NCBI GenBank assembly: GCA_951406725.2
Contig: OX597817.1
Span: 146,196,001 to 146,260,000, forward strand
Origin: Octopus vulgaris
Taxonomy: Eukaryota
Length of the DNA: 64,000 nt
Direction: 5' to 3'
The notes under the pieces were generated by a model, which had not been told where the DNA came from, did not search any database, and worked only from the letters and a program-made list of their open reading frames with translations. The stretch's first letter is position 1; each line of letters starts with the position of its first letter. Positions 11,793-26,260 of this stretch are shown here, piece by piece. Position numbers and translations under genes: made by a program.

Positions 11793-12946
11793 GGATCTAT
11801 TCCCATGTAGAACACAGTATACTCTGAACGTTCTTGACAAAATTTCGTCTTTTAGAAGTTATTTTGTGTTAAAGTTGTCATCATCATCATCATTTAACGT
11901 CCGCTTTCCATGCTAGCATGGATTGGACGATTTGACTGAGGACTGGCAAACCAGATGGCTGCACCAGGCTCTAATCTGATCTGGCAGAGTTTCTACAGCT
12001 GGATGCCCTTTTTAATGCCAACCACTCCGAGAGTGTAGTTGATGCTTTTACGTGCCACTGGCATGGGGGGCCAGTCAGGCGGTACTGGCAACGGCCATGC
12101 TCAAATGGTGTTTTTTACATGCCACCTGCACAAGAGCCAGTCCAGTGGCACTGGCAATGATCACACTCGGATGATGCTCTTAGCACTCCACTAGCACAGA
12201 TGCCAGTCATCGAATATAATTTCAACGTCATATTTGGGTAAATTTAACTAATCAACTATGTGTATTCGGTTGAAGAAAACAACTTCCAGATCATCTCTAT
12301 TAAATGTCACCATTGTTCTATTTGTATGGTGTGTGAAGATGATGCCACCTTTATCCTTCCTAGTCACCACTGTCCATTCCTTACTCTTTCCTTCCCTTCT
12401 ACACTATCAACTAGAGACCAGTGTGCGAACTTGTCACTGCCACTACAGTTAACATATTTTCTGGTGTATAAGCCGCAATTTGTTTTGTTTTACCTTAATG
12501 TTTTGATAATGTTATTTTTTATCTAATAAAGACTTTTATATTGACGAAATGTGTTTGTTGTTGATCATAGTAAGATAAAATCATGACAACAACAATATAT
12601 CTCATAGTTGTAAAATAAGACATTTTAAAACTACATATACATCAACAACAAAAAAGCTAGCTGCGGAATTGTGGTGACATTTAGTAGAGATGACCCTAAA
12701 GTTGTCCCTCTTTGATTACTATCACAAACAGCAGTAGCTTTCTTCAACCGAATACATGTCGTTGATTAGTTGAAATTACCCAACTACAAGTTTAACACAA
12801 AATAACTTCTACAAGACAAAATTTTGTCAAAAACATTCAGAATAAACCGTGTTCTACATGAGAAATTCTACCAGTATTTGAAGTTTCATATTGTTTAGTC
12901 AAAATAAAAAAATTTTTTTAATCTGAGATTGAGATGGAATAGATCC
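11793..12946. mobile_element. Long-TIR non-autonomous DNA transposon, Merlin-like
   Basis: Termini GGATCTATTCC / GGAATAGATCC; 8-bp TSD attttgat (11785-11792) vs attttgac (12947-12954); inverted arms 11803-11878 plus 12228-12290 match ~12730-12862. Confidence 0.75.
11879..12212 (-). mobile_element. RTE-tail repeat nested inside the left TIR of the Merlin-like element
   Basis: catcatcatcatttaacgtccgctttccatgctagcatgg...; it interrupts the TIR alignment. Confidence 0.85.
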
Positions 12947-12959
12947 ATTTTGACTCATA

Positions 12960-13800
12960 GCTTAGCTGCATAACCATACAATTCATTCAATTTCCTTTCT
13001 TGATGACTCATGTTGACCTATTTCAGTGCATCTTCTATAGGATTTAAATTTAGGACTGTGTTGGCTGCAGCATCACTAAAAACTTTTATGCTCTTGATGT
13101 TTTGTTTTTTAATTCCTTTAGAATGAAAACATTACAACTAGCCTAAATGATCAGCACTCAGATAGGCTTTGATCTGATGTACAGAACCAACTGCTTTTCC
13201 AGATATAGAGCCCCAAACCATGCCATTACCATCATGCTTAGCTGGCAGATTCATAATCCCCAACTGAAAGTCTTGTCCTGTATGATGACCATACACTCAG
13301 CCATTAAAACTCAACTAGTTAAATTTCAACTTGTCCAATCACCACAAGATTTCTAATCAATCTGACAACACAATTCCTGTGCTCGAGTAAAGTGAATGCA
13401 GAAACAGTGGACTTTCAAAGAAATATATGTTCTTTATTTTAATGTCCCACACAAACTACTTTCATCAAGTATTTTGGTGATAACACCACCAATTTGCATG
13501 TGATATTTCTGCTGAACATCATTCAAAATGTCAACCACAGTCATTTTCCTGTTCTTTTTAGACAAATGATGAATATTTGGTCCAACCTTTCAGTAGATTT
13601 TCAGTGCTGTTCTGATCGAAGGTGATGAGTTTCAATAAAGATGTCAGAAGTATGGTGAGCAGCAGTTACTAAGATACAACTACATCAGCTTTGGTCTGAA
13701 ACATCCATTTCAGCTTATGCAATAGAACAACTCTCAATCATATTTTTGGTGATATAATCAAATAAGTCTGCCTCACTTAAAAAGCTAAATGCATTTTTAT
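12960..13800 (-). mobile_element. Decayed Tc1-type transposase remnant
   Basis: Minus-strand fragments SKKNRKMTVVDILNDVQQK, KHDGNGMVWGSISGKAVG and LNPIE in the expected order. Confidence 0.65.
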
Positions 13801-13895
13801 TTTTTTCATGTTCTTAAATTAAATCATGCTAATTTTCATGATTTTATTGACTGTTTTGATAATTTTATAAATGATTAAATGAAAATAGTGTTTAA

Positions 13896-14097
13896 TCCTT
13901 TAGCATTTAAACCAGCCTACACCTTCTACCTTTTATGCTCGAACTGGTCAGATCTGGCCTCACACCTTCCCCATAATGTCATTCTAAAAATAAACAATCA
14001 CATTGCAATCTCTTTGGGAGATAATGCATGATTAATTCAAAATGATGTGAATAAATAAGTATTCCTTTTTTTAAAGAGTAAGCTGAATGTTAAAGGG
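13896..14097. mobile_element. piggyBac-type MITE
   Basis: TTAA at 13892-13895 and 14098-14101; TIRs TCCTTTAGCATTT / GAATGTTAAAGGG. Confidence 0.8.
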
Positions 14098-14558
14098 TTA
14101 ACCATTGGTGAGCCCTTGACTTTAAACAAAGTGATACAGTGTGTCAATGTGTATGTGTATTATTTTTTTTTGATTTCAGTGTTACAACTGTATTTAGGCA
14201 CCATCTTCAAAGATTACAACACTTATTACAGAACAAGTTTTTAAGTAATGGACACATTCATACACACAAATTTAATAATTTTATATCTGATTTTTTTTTT
14301 TATGCTGGTACAGGTTAGACTAATAAAAGTATGGGTTACTCCAGATTTAGAATTACCACTCTCCTATGTGGATCATAGACTATATCTTAGACATTCCATT
14401 TTTTACATAGATATGGCTTCTATGGCTAAATGAACTTCCTGGTGCTAATTTATTTACTAAATGTACTCATGTCATACCATGACACCAATGTTTCAGTAGT
14501 CCTATTCTTGACAAAACTGAAGGGTCTTTTCTAACCCATATTATCTCCCCGTTATATA

Positions 14559-15100
14559 TCACCATCATCATTGTTTTAATGTTTACTTTTCCATGCTTGC
14601 ACTGGTCAGACAATACTGTACTGGGGAAGAGTTTTCTACAGCTGGGTGTCCTTCTTGCAAGATAACAATCCCCCAGTTTATTGAACAAAAAACAACCTGG
14701 ACATGTTTATGCAGAAAAATAGAAACAAACAACAGCATTTGAAAGAGCCTTTGCTGACAAGGATCATGCAACACGTCATGAAGCCCAAGCATGCTTTCAC
14801 GTTTATAATCAGCAAACACATGCATACAACAGGCTTCTCCAGTGTTTTATTTATGAATTGACTGTAGTACAGGATACTGACAACATCCACAGTGAGAGAG
14901 AATCCTTAACCATGCATTTCCAAAGTGAACTTCTTAACCATACAGCTATATTTGCATGTGCGCACACGCATACATGCTCACTCGCACACACTTTCACATA
15001 GTTCCTGTCATCCAAATGCATTTCACTCAACCCAAAGTGCCACACAACCCTACACCATGTGGATGCAAAGTGAACTTTTTAACCAGTCATACCTATGTTT
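14559..15100 (-). mobile_element. RTE-tail and SINE-head fragments
   Basis: (CAT)n..tttccatgcttgca; two aagtgaactt(c/t)ttaacca blocks. Confidence 0.6.
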
Positions 15101-18100
15101 TCTTATACACAAATATGAGCTTGCAGTGTGGTGTAAATGCAATAACAGATCCACTGTCATGATGCCATTGTTGAATTATAATTGCTTCCTTTACCAAACA
15201 TACACACACCCACACACAAAATAATTATTCTAATAAAGTGACAGATAACACATTTCAATCTTTCCTATGTTAAAGAGAAAATTTGAAATATGTTTATAGA
15301 AAAAATACTGACATTTTAACCCTTTCATGATCACATTTCTAATGAAAAATAATCATGTCTGCCTATGTGTTTCAATTAGCCTTGAAATTTAATCAAGACT
15401 GGAAAAATTTAGTAATATGACTTTTTCATAATGAAGTTGGTGTTTAGAATACAAGTCTGCAAAAAAAGTTATACCATAAAATATTGAGGGTTTTAAAAAG
15501 TGTTGTTCAATGTGCATCAGTTTGCTCTAAGAATGGCATTTTATCAACAATCTAAAAAGTCAAAAAAGTTTTAATTTTTAAAAAGAATTACAACACATCC
15601 AGGAGTTGCAATTTTCATTAGATGCTCTTAAAGAACCTATACCAATAGTTAATTTACTGAGTAAAAAACAAAAAGCAAGGAAAGAAGAATGCAATAACAA
15701 AGTTGGCAAGCTAAGTTTTCACTTTAAGAATGCAATGGCTATTTTAGATGGACACACAATAGTGATGATAGTAGGTCAAAAATTATAAGAAATATGCATT
15801 CAGTTTTGAACAGAGAAATTGAAAGATATTCAGACAATCTCAGCTTACACTGACATTCCCCAGTATCCCTTATAACTCTAGTTCTTTCACTATACTATCA
15901 TAAACAATCTGAAAATAGCAAACAGCAATATAAACATTATTTAAAGATGGTTTAATATATTTTTATGTCATTTTGAAAAAGAAAATATTAACAGTCACAG
16001 TTTCATCACATGCACACACATTCTCATTAGGAAAACATCTGTACTCGTGTTTGGATTGTTTGGTGATTTTCAAGAACACAATACATGATAATGCACATAC
16101 AGGAAGAAAAAAAACCTTCCAGAAAAACAGATAAAGACTGATGACAAGAAGAGCACCTTGCCATAAAGATCCATTTTAAAGTATCTTCCCACCATAACCC
16201 AGGCTAGCATGGAAAAACAAACAATCACTGATGAGCTATGATAAATTTAAATATAATACTGCCCAGATTGTATGCATTTCTCAGTCAAATCCTAGCTGTA
16301 CGACTGATGTCAGCATTTTTAAATTTTTATTTTTGGCTTTGATAGCAGGTATTTACTTATTTGTAAATTTTTAGTTTAATTATGGGGCCTAAGTTCACAG
16401 TCAGACTAAATGCACATGAAATGATTGTAAACACCTAAGTCTGTTCATAACCTACACTGTATTGGTGCTCTAGTTTTATATTTTAGGTATAGTGACTAAC
16501 ATCTGCAATAGCAGGAGGATTTTAAAATAAACCTGAACAAAGCAATATTCTGCCAATTTGTAATAGTGCTTATCTTTCAAAATTATGATAGTTTATGGTA
16601 GAAAAATATTAATAACACCCTCAAAATATAGAGAAAGTATGATGAAGATAATTTCCTTGATGTGCACATGTAATATAATTTTGAAGATAGGATTAGAAAC
16701 TAATAATGCAGCATGAAGTACTGATAAAAACTGTCAACGTGTGCTATCACAAAAGTCATTATATCGAAATTATTTGATAGTTTTAAGCCAGAACTATTTT
16801 ATCATTTTAAGCTAGTTTATTGGCTTCCATCATAGAAAACTGCAACCATACTGAAGCACCACCTTTATTTTAAGCCACAAAATCAATAATGAAATGTTTC
16901 CTAGATCATATCCTCATGTAATTCTGTTAAATATTTTGGGGTTATTGATTTCAAAATAACCAGTAAATAAGGGGGAGGGGTCAATTAAAAAAAACAATAC
17001 TAAAAGCACCTATAAAAACTGGGCTTTGACTATTCAAAAGAAATTACTATTATGAAGAATTTAGATTTCAGGAAATTATCTAAAATGATCATGATAAACA
17101 CAGCATTCTTCAGAATAACCAATATATAAATTTCTATATTAGAAAAACTATTTAAATGATAACAAGACTTGCTCAAAAATAGATGATCAGCGCCTTTATG
17201 CAAAGTGATTAGATTTCAGAAACATAGAATCTTTATTCTTTCTATAGTGTGAATACAGAAAAATACTATCATAACAGGTAGTACAAAGAAAGATTTCATA
17301 AGCATTTTGCACCCAAAATAGAGAAAAATCACCCAGCTACCATTATAAAGATCTTGTTATTAAGTAAGCAATGAAAGACTTTAGTCCTTTCCTTACATCT
17401 CAAAAATAATTACACAATCATATTACATTAACTAATCTACAGTTGAAAACTTTAGTGAAAAGAATCAATAGATATTCAATTTCTTCATTCAACTATAACT
17501 CTTTACAGAAATTGAAATAAGAAGTTTCCTCTTGATTTTAAAGTGACAACAGTGTAAAAAGAATAATTTTAAACTATAATTTTCATGCACCTAGTTAACT
17601 AACAAAGAGTAATTCACCACCCAAATATTGTACAAATCATTAATTTGATCCGTTTACCTTAGAACTGCAATGATCTAGAGTTTCTACGCCACTGATGTCT
17701 TTTTAGCAAATATCAACTTAACCTACTGAAACTGAAATACAAACAATTTAACAGTCAAAGAAAGTATGCAAAAGGTATGGATACCAACCATCTTCGATAC
17801 ATATTGTGTGTGCTTTATATATATACATAGTGATTATAACAGCTAGTAACTCTCATCTAGTTATTCAATCATCAGACTGGTTTACTTTGTACCTAGCCTG
17901 ATGATAGGAAATATGAAATTCAAATAATAGATCCATCCAAGATGACAGCAATTATAAAATTTATAAAACACTTTCCTTGGCATTAAATACTGCTTTACCC
18001 TACTTGTATGTACTTATATACTACATATACATTTTTTTAAAAATACACAATACACAGGTCTAATTTTATGATAGTGTTTTAATTGCTTTTTTTCCAATAC

Positions 18101-20669
18101 AATGCTTTAAAAAAAGCTAAGCAACTATCTTCAACAGGCTAAAGAAACTAGACTAGAGAGGGGGGTTTTACCATGTAGTTGTTAACTGGGATCATTGTAA
18201 AATTTTGTGTAAATTGAATTCATCTACAAACAAAACATCTCAACTATATAAAATATGGTCTGGTGAGCTCGAGATCATTTTCCCAACTTCTACTGTTTCT
18301 GCTAATTTCAGAATTTTAAGGTAAATACATAAATCATGGGAAAGGATTTGAATACAGCACTGCAAGTCAATAAAACATTAGTAATTAAACTACAGTCAGT
18401 GTACTTACTTACAATACCAACTTAAAATCCAGGTAGAATGAATCAGTGAGAAGTGTTCTTGACATGCATACCAGTGCAGTACCAGCTTTTCAACTATGGA
18501 CCCATTGGTTTTTGGTTTAACAACTAATGACTGTCAGATGTGAACTCTTTGAATCATTATCAAAAATTATTGTTGTTCAGTTTTTAATCCCAATGTTTGA
18601 TCTCCTCAACTAATACAAACGTTTATTATCCAAAATAGATACATGATTTTAAACAGCAATCATTGCCACAACTTTAAATAAGCAGTGATCGCAATAATTA
18701 TAGTAAAAAAATAAAAACAAATTATTAAATTTCTGCAATCTACCTTTGTCATTTAAAAGCAATCAAAACAACTCATTTCAATAATTTAAATATTCCAATA
18801 AGAGAAATACCTCACATTCTCTCCTCTGCAGTTATAAATAACTTGTCTGAGAAAACTATACATTAGCCATACTGTGTGATAAACTTCTTTAAGTCAGACC
18901 TGGTTTAAATGTGAGTGTTTTCTGATCATGAATTTCACCCTTATTCTTATGTAGAGAGCAGCAGGCCATGAAGGTAGACACTATTCATCAGTCTGAAGAA
19001 TCTAGTTTTACCCAATGAAACCCAGACTCCTTTCAAATTGGATTTAACATGGTCATCAACAAGACACAAAGTCAACAGAAAGGCACAACTACCAAAATCA
19101 ACTAAGTAAAAGTTAAAGTACAAATAGTAACAAACAATTAGGTTATTGTGGTGTGAACACCAAATGAATTAAAAATTTATGAAAATTGATAAGTATAAAA
19201 TAAGAGTCATAAATCAAAGCTAATTTAACATAGAACTAAATACACTAGAGACAAAACGTTCCCACTTCCTTCATACATGTAAATCTTATATTGATTTAAG
19301 TTACGATTACTTGTACATAATACTTGCTTTGCTTTGTTGGGTTTTTTTTTATCTCTTTTAGTTCTTCACATTTTTCTATGCAATCATGACCTCATGTGAA
19401 AACCCCTACTTTCAAGTAACAGCTCTTACTCTTGATTTTGTTCCATGATTTTTCTTATTCTAAAGACAAGATTAATACTAAATGGCTTCTTCTACTACTA
19501 GCTACCATTAGCTTTTTATATCAATTTTTTTTCTTGACCATAGATCACAAAATTCACTCTGATTGAAATTCTCCATACCTCAACAGTCAGCTTGTTTCTC
19601 AAATCAAAGAAAATAAAAAGTTATTCATTTCTCACCAATCAACTACATAAACTGCACTAATCATAAATTGGAAGCAAAAGAGAATGATACACTATAATCT
19701 ATATATAATTTTCAAAGTAACTGTTCATAACAGACTAACATTTTTTAAACTCCTTCAATATTCAATAGTAAACCTTTTTCACCAAATAACTTATAGTAGG
19801 TTGTGAAGATTCTGGTTGGCATGACAACAGAATATATTGATTTTAAAACAAGAACCATCAAGATAATATCTTTTAGTTTTGAAATATTTGATAAAATGTA
19901 AAATGTTCATAAATATGTTGTAGAATAAGCCATGGGCATAAGACATAAGAGCTTCAATGCAACATTTACTGCAAACAAAAACTGAGGAATATTTCCCCCA
20001 AGAAAATTAACAAATGATAAGTGCAACCCACTGCTTTTTATTTAAATATTAGGAAACGGATTGCTGAGGATTATCTGCATCTGAGAAGCTAACATTTGTA
20101 CTTAATCTCTCTTGCTGCTTTACAAGTACCTTACTCAGTTTTAGTAGTATCACAGCATTTGATCATGCAACAATATATTCAGGCATCAGTAAAATAGATG
20201 CCAATGTATTTAGTATAATGAACCATGTAAACTTAATTAAAATTGTACCAGTAAGATAAAAAAATTCTTACCTTAATGATTCATTCTGATTAAGAAAGCA
20301 GATGAGACAACCCCAGAATTTAAATTATTTGATTATAAGTAAAATGTTGTGGAGAGTGAGTCTAGCTATTGGTAGTACAGAGATATTTCAACCTTATTAG
20401 ACCTCATTAGTGAAACATGGTCTAACCAATATTGCTAGTATGTGTATTGTTAAATCCTATTTTTTAATTTGTAAAAATTACTATTAATCTGATAAGACTA
20501 CTCGTAAAGGACAGTAAAAAAGGAGATGCTGAAAAAAGCAAGCCATCGCAAACCTGTCATATAAATGCTGTTTTGCTACAAAAATATAACCTAGGAAGAA
20601 AATCTCAAATTCATTAAAGAATGAGGATATTAATCTTTGTTTCACATATATTCATATATAAAGAATATT

Positions 20670-21002
20670 TGTGGCACTCTGTTGGTTATGACAAGGGTTC
20701 CAGTTGATCCGATCAACGAAGCAGCCTGCTCATGAAATTAATGTGCAAGTGGCTGAGCACTCCACAGATACGTGTACCCTTAACGTAGTTCTCAGGGAGA
20801 TTCAGCGTGACACAGCTGACCCTTTGAAATACAGGTATAACAGAAACAGGAAGAAAGAGAGTGAGAAAGTTGTGGTGAAAGAGTACAGCAGGGTTCGCCA
20901 CCACCCCTTGCTGGAGCATCGTGGAGCCTTAGGTCTGGGAACTGAAACTGTGATCCCACGGCTGTGAGTCTGCTGCCCTAACCACTGGGCCACTTCACCT
21001 CC
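20670..21002 (-). mobile_element. tRNA-derived SINE
   Basis: Minus strand ggaggtgaagtggcccagtggttagggcagcagactc...gtttcagttcccagacc; homologous to the 10650 copy. Confidence 0.85.
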
Positions 21003-21264
21003 ATATAAAGAATACTGTATAATGATACAGTACATTTATTCACAACAATACAGAAAACATGAGACTGTATATGATAACAAAAATTTTATTTTAATTCAAC
21101 TATTTAAGTATTTTTGTGGAATATTAACAAGAAGACTGTCTTTTAATGCATATTTTTACACAAAATTCAACATGAAATAGATAAAAATGTTCATAAACTG
21201 ATCAGATTCCTTTTTATGATATAGATGTATATTGTTTGGTTTCGGCCATTCAACTCTGGCCCTA

Positions 21265-21303
<39 letters not shown>

Positions 21304-21304
21304 A
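21265..21304. repeat. (TAAA)10 microsatellite
   Basis: Direct read. Confidence 0.95.
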
Positions 21305-22949
21305 GCCTTCAAAGCAGAGACAGACTACTTAAAAATCCCATTAATATTTTGTTTTATATAACTAGTAAAGGGACAACTTATCTGAAACTTTCTGACAGCT
21401 ATTTCTGGAAATATTCTATTACATATAATAAAAATGATTGAAATCAATAATTAAATAAACAAAGAAAATCATACAAGAAATACGAAAGAGTCAAACTTCT
21501 TTACAATTACTGTATTGTACTTTGTTCATCATGAAACGACAAAATAGCTACTGCAGTAATCTGTAGGGGAAAAAAATCACCCAAAGCTAAAGGGAGGTTA
21601 TTACTATCACTGAATGAAATGTTCTAACCATACAATAACATTAAAAATATCAAACCTTATAAAATTGTTATAGCCATATTAGTAGCTATTTTTAACATTT
21701 GTAAATCACAGATAATAAAAAAAAATGTCCTAATTGGGTAAATAAAAAAAGTAGATAATAAAACTAAGGCAGTAAATCTCAGTGTACTAAAACAAAAAAA
21801 AAGATGATTTTGTAAATTTAAGCATACAAGGATGGATAATTTTATGTATGAAGCCATTTTTCATGACTAATTTATCTTCTTCATGGTTACAACAATACTT
21901 GGTACAATTATTGGTTATTACACATTTGACAATATACAAAGGCTTAAAAGAACCAGTAAGATAGACTAATAGAAGACTTCCTGTAAGTTTCCAATAACAA
22001 ACATAACCAGTGAAAATTTTTTATTATCTCTACATTCAATATTTTTTTCCTCAATTCAGAAAAAAATAATCTAATTGCTTTTATTAAGCATAATTTTCTG
22101 TTTTAGCCCAGCTACTAAATATTAAGGAGAAAACCTAGTTTTAAATAAAGTATGTAATTAATATTGAATAAAATGATAGTGTCCTCAAAAATTAACCTTC
22201 ATAAGCTAAAGTGAATACATTACCAACTAATATATTATTACACATATTTTGTAAATGCAATCTTATATACATAGACCACAAGCTTTTAAATTAAAATAAA
22301 AATCCTATAAAATACATGACCATGCAGGTTGATATAATGCATTAATAGCACTTAATCATTATCATAAAATGATTAATAAATCATGTTAGCCTAGCAAACA
22401 ATTTCAAATATTTGTTTGTGAAAGTCCTACATTAGAAAACATTTTAAAAATATAAGATAACTGAATTTAGAATATACTATGTGACATAAATCACATGGTA
22501 TATTCTACCATGCATAAAGAAAACTTTTAAAAAGCTTCTTTGCATGCTTATAAAGATTAACAATTACCATAAAACCTACATAAACCTTTAACTGATATCA
22601 TCCAATAGTTGCAGGATATTTCAGTTTATTGGTTGTAATCATATTTTTATATTACATTAATGAGTCAAAAATCTAATAAGTTCAAGACACATGAACATGC
22701 TTAAACTGCTCAGCTATAAATGTAAGCCAAATTAACAAATAGTTTCTTAGATTGCAATATTCACAATGTAATCCTATCAAACACTGCTCTGGCTTTATCA
22801 TTATTCTAATTAAGGGCAGCAGATGATTAACTGTTGGACCCAAATCTCTGGCTATTAACAATCTTATGTTACTTCCTGTGAACTAGGTAAGCAGTTGTAT
22901 TCAGCAGTGTTGCACTACTATTACTGAGCATCAAGGAGTCCGTCTGGGC

Positions 22950-23518
22950 CAGTGGTTTCCAAATTTTATCAGTTCAATGCCATTTTTAATGAACAGTATT
23001 TTTTACAAATACCTCCACCCAATGATTTGCAAAAAAAAAAATTATTCCTTTTGTTACCATATTTCTGTTGAAAATACACTACCTTTGTTTCAATTATTTT
23101 TGAGAAGAATAAAGAATTTAGTGAGATATGTCTTTTTTTAGATGTTATTTGGAAAAAACATGAAATTTTGATAGGTTTTAAAGCAACAAATTTAAATAAA
23201 AAAAACAAAGGTAATATCAAGCAGGTTGGTATATTTCTGCTCACTGATAAAATATCCTACTCATATTTGACTTTGCCAACTCCTGTCAAGCAGTCTAACC
23301 AATACCAGCAGGGAAAATGGATGTTAACTGATGATGATGATGATATCATTCTAATGACAACGATGGTTTTTTTTGTTGTTTTTTTTTTGCTTTTGTAAAA
23401 TTGTATTTAACATTTAAGTATTGTACCTGGTTCATATTTTAAATTCCAAAACCTAGTACCCTCCTTGTGAGTATACAATATCCCCAAGGGGACACTAACA
23501 CCCAGGTTACGAACACTA
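22950..23518. mobile_element. Possible decayed hAT-type MITE with a nested (GAT)n tail fragment
   Basis: Left CAGTGGTTTCCAAA, right GGTTACGAACACTA; flanks gtctgggc/ttctaggt match only 5/8. Confidence 0.4.
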
Positions 23519-24009
23519 TTCTAGGTGGTCGTAATAGATCTTGGACTAAGCTGAAGAGAGACATGAAGAGAAACATATGTTTCTCTTAATTTCATGTGAA
23601 CAAAAATACCTAGATCCATGTTGGAGTAAGCTGAATGACACTTTGGGAAGGGCTGACCTGAAAGTCAATGTAGATAAAACCAAAATCTAGCTAGCTGGCC
23701 TTACAAGTAAACAATATGTATTGTTATAGACAACAAAATACAACTGAAAAATTATCCAGTCAAAGAATAAAACTGTGAAGTTAATGTGCAAATCTCATAT
23801 AACAGATATTTAGCTTGTGGTCCTGAAGAGTAATCAAGTTGGTAGCAAGGAGATCCACCATCCCTTGTTACACAGGTGGCATGACAGAATGAATTGGAGT
23901 GATAGGCAGATGAGAGGGTATCAAAGAAGAAGAGTGAACAGTAAATCAATAGGTGTGATAACTAGGTATCTCCATCAGTCAGCATTTTACTATTTGATTG
24001 TAATGGTAA

Positions 24010-24255
24010 GTCTTCTCAAGAAATGTGTCAGTAACAACTGCAAGCCTTTGTCATCTTGAAATTAGTCTTTGCTTCTTCATCTCATGTCTGTCTAGGTCCC
24101 TCCCTCTTCCAACCATTTTGAGTACTCATCATGTATCCAATTTTCCTCTCAACTCATTTTTACTGTCATTCATAAGCACTAGCATTACATCCAGCAAATG
24201 AACTCCTTTCATTTCTTTCTAGGCTTCAAAAGTCCTCTGCATTCAAGGCCCACAT
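24010..24255 (-). mobile_element. Decayed RTE ORF2 3' fragment
   Basis: WALNAED.SLERNE...ELRGKL on the minus strand, colinear with 27290-27660. Confidence 0.55.
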
Positions 24256-24839
24256 CCAATAAATATATAGATGATACTCTGTATATAAGCATCTGCTCTT
24301 CACTCCTTTTTAAAAAGGAAGCAACCAAAATTGCTACTCAGCAAATGACAAAGGTTGAAAGCTGAATGGTTGCCTCTAGAAGGAGCACCACCATATTCCA
24401 GTATTCCACAAAGATGTACAGATCAATATAACCAATCCTTTCATTTAAACAAGTTATAGGAAAAAGCATAAGTTTCAAAAATAGTATGTTTATTTCTTAA
24501 ATGAATGAGTTAACTGACTCTTAATTTGTAATGTCTTCTGCAAAAACTAACCACAATAACTTTAGTTACTGGTTTATTTGTATTAGTTGTTTAAACACCA
24601 AAATTTTAGACCAACAAAGGAGCCTGTAAATGGACTCCTGACCTGTATGAAATCGCAAATTTTACCATACTAATATAAAAATGGTTAAATACATTTGTAT
24701 AGTAATTTGGGAAATTTAGAAGCTGTGCCTTATGTGAAGTATTCAATCTATTGTGCACAGGAAGACAGTCACAAGAGAAAATAGAGGGAATCAGTAAATG
24801 TTTTCCTCTTCAATTATTACACACACACACAAACAAACT

Positions 24840-25020
24840 CATCATCATTTAACGTCCATGTTCCATGCTAGCATGGGTGAGATGGTAGCACAATTATCTG
24901 GCCAGGCTGAAGCCTGCACTAGACTTCTGTGACTGTTTTGGCAGGATTTTTACAGCTGAATGCCCTTCTTAACACCAACCATTCAGCAGAGTGGACTTAA
25001 TGCTTTTTATGTAGCACAAG
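24840..25020 (-). mobile_element. RTE-tail repeat
   Basis: catcatcatttaacgtccatgttccatgctagcatggg...tacagctgaatgcccttc. Confidence 0.8.
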
Positions 25021-25835
25021 GACACAAATTTCAAAATTAAAATGTCTATCTTTTCAGCAAACAGTCACGTAGTGGTGGAGTTTTGCACTTCTGGGTAAAC
25101 CAAAACAGATGTTGAGCTGGCAGTATACAGGAGAAAATGCTTGCAATTAATATCGTATCATTGTTCCTAACTTAGACTATAATCATTAAACCTCTATTAT
25201 ATAGAAATGCAAGTGTATGGATCTCATCTAGTAGTACAGACGAGATTTTTTATGTGAAATATTAATAAAACATGATATATCTACAGTTTGTATTATTAAA
25301 CTAGTTTTGAATCACGGAAAGTCAGTAGTAAAGAAGAATTCAAGTGAAATACATTTACAGAATTTCACCTCATATACCATGTTGGCACCTAGGAAGTACA
25401 AATCATTTTCTTTTAAAAAGGCAAATTTAACATTCAAACAATCAACTGTATGTTTTTAAAATGCTTTGCGTAAATAAACCCCAAGGTCAGACAAATATTG
25501 CCAAAAACAAAAATTATAAAAAGGAGAAAGAACTCCACTTTGTTTACAATAATGAAGAAAGATTTTATAAATCAATTTTGAAATCATAATCTGCACCAAA
25601 TGCACCATATTTGAGAATACAAAGTACATTCTTTACTTGCTTAAGTAATTTAGTTTGCTCAGATATCCAGGTAGGAATACTTTCAAGATACTTATTTTAT
25701 ATTCTTCATCCAAACTAACATACTCTATTTACAAAACTTCTCAGATTTCACTTTCCATACGTTTAAGAAATAGCTTTAGGTAAACTCTTTTCTATTATTG
25801 ACAGCAGGCAAACAAGCAACAATTTTGGTACTTCA

Positions 25836-26124
25836 CCCTAAAATGGGAGATATCATCAACTGATGCTTCATTGGAGAATAGCAGACACCATCAACTGATG
25901 TTTTGAAAATTTGACATGGATACAGCCATCCTCAAAAGACAATGATACTTTATGGCACTTTCCAATAATGAGATTCTAAATTTTTATTGCGCAAGAGACT
26001 AACAATTGTTATAGTTTTGTACTTATTCAAAGTGAAAATAACTTTAAAAACTAATCTTAAGGAACAGAGATATAGTTTTGTTTTCTACCCATTCATGCAA
26101 CAACCCTTTCCAACCATTTAAGGG
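25836..26124. mobile_element. piggyBac-like MITE
   Basis: TTCA|CCCTAAAATGG ... CCATTTAAGGG|TTAA; internal CATCAACTGATG occurs twice. Confidence 0.55.
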
Positions 26125-26260
26125 TTAATTATAGAACTTTTTTCTAACAGTTTGGTTGCATAAAACTACACAAAGCTTACACTTTGATAAATCAAACCAA
26201 TTATAAAACTGTGAAACAAGGATAGACAAAATTACATACATATTAAAAAATTAATAATTC

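Noticed and set aside
17868-17905. ATCATCAG...CTGATGAT hairpin suggesting a C/D snoRNA or hammerhead
   Set aside because: No correctly placed D box with terminal stem, and no stem II-GAAA-stem III arrangement.
25636-25850. Possible minus-strand exon with acceptor tctcccattttAG
   Set aside because: The acceptor coincides with the TIR of the piggyBac-like MITE, the donor is weak, and there is no through-going open frame.
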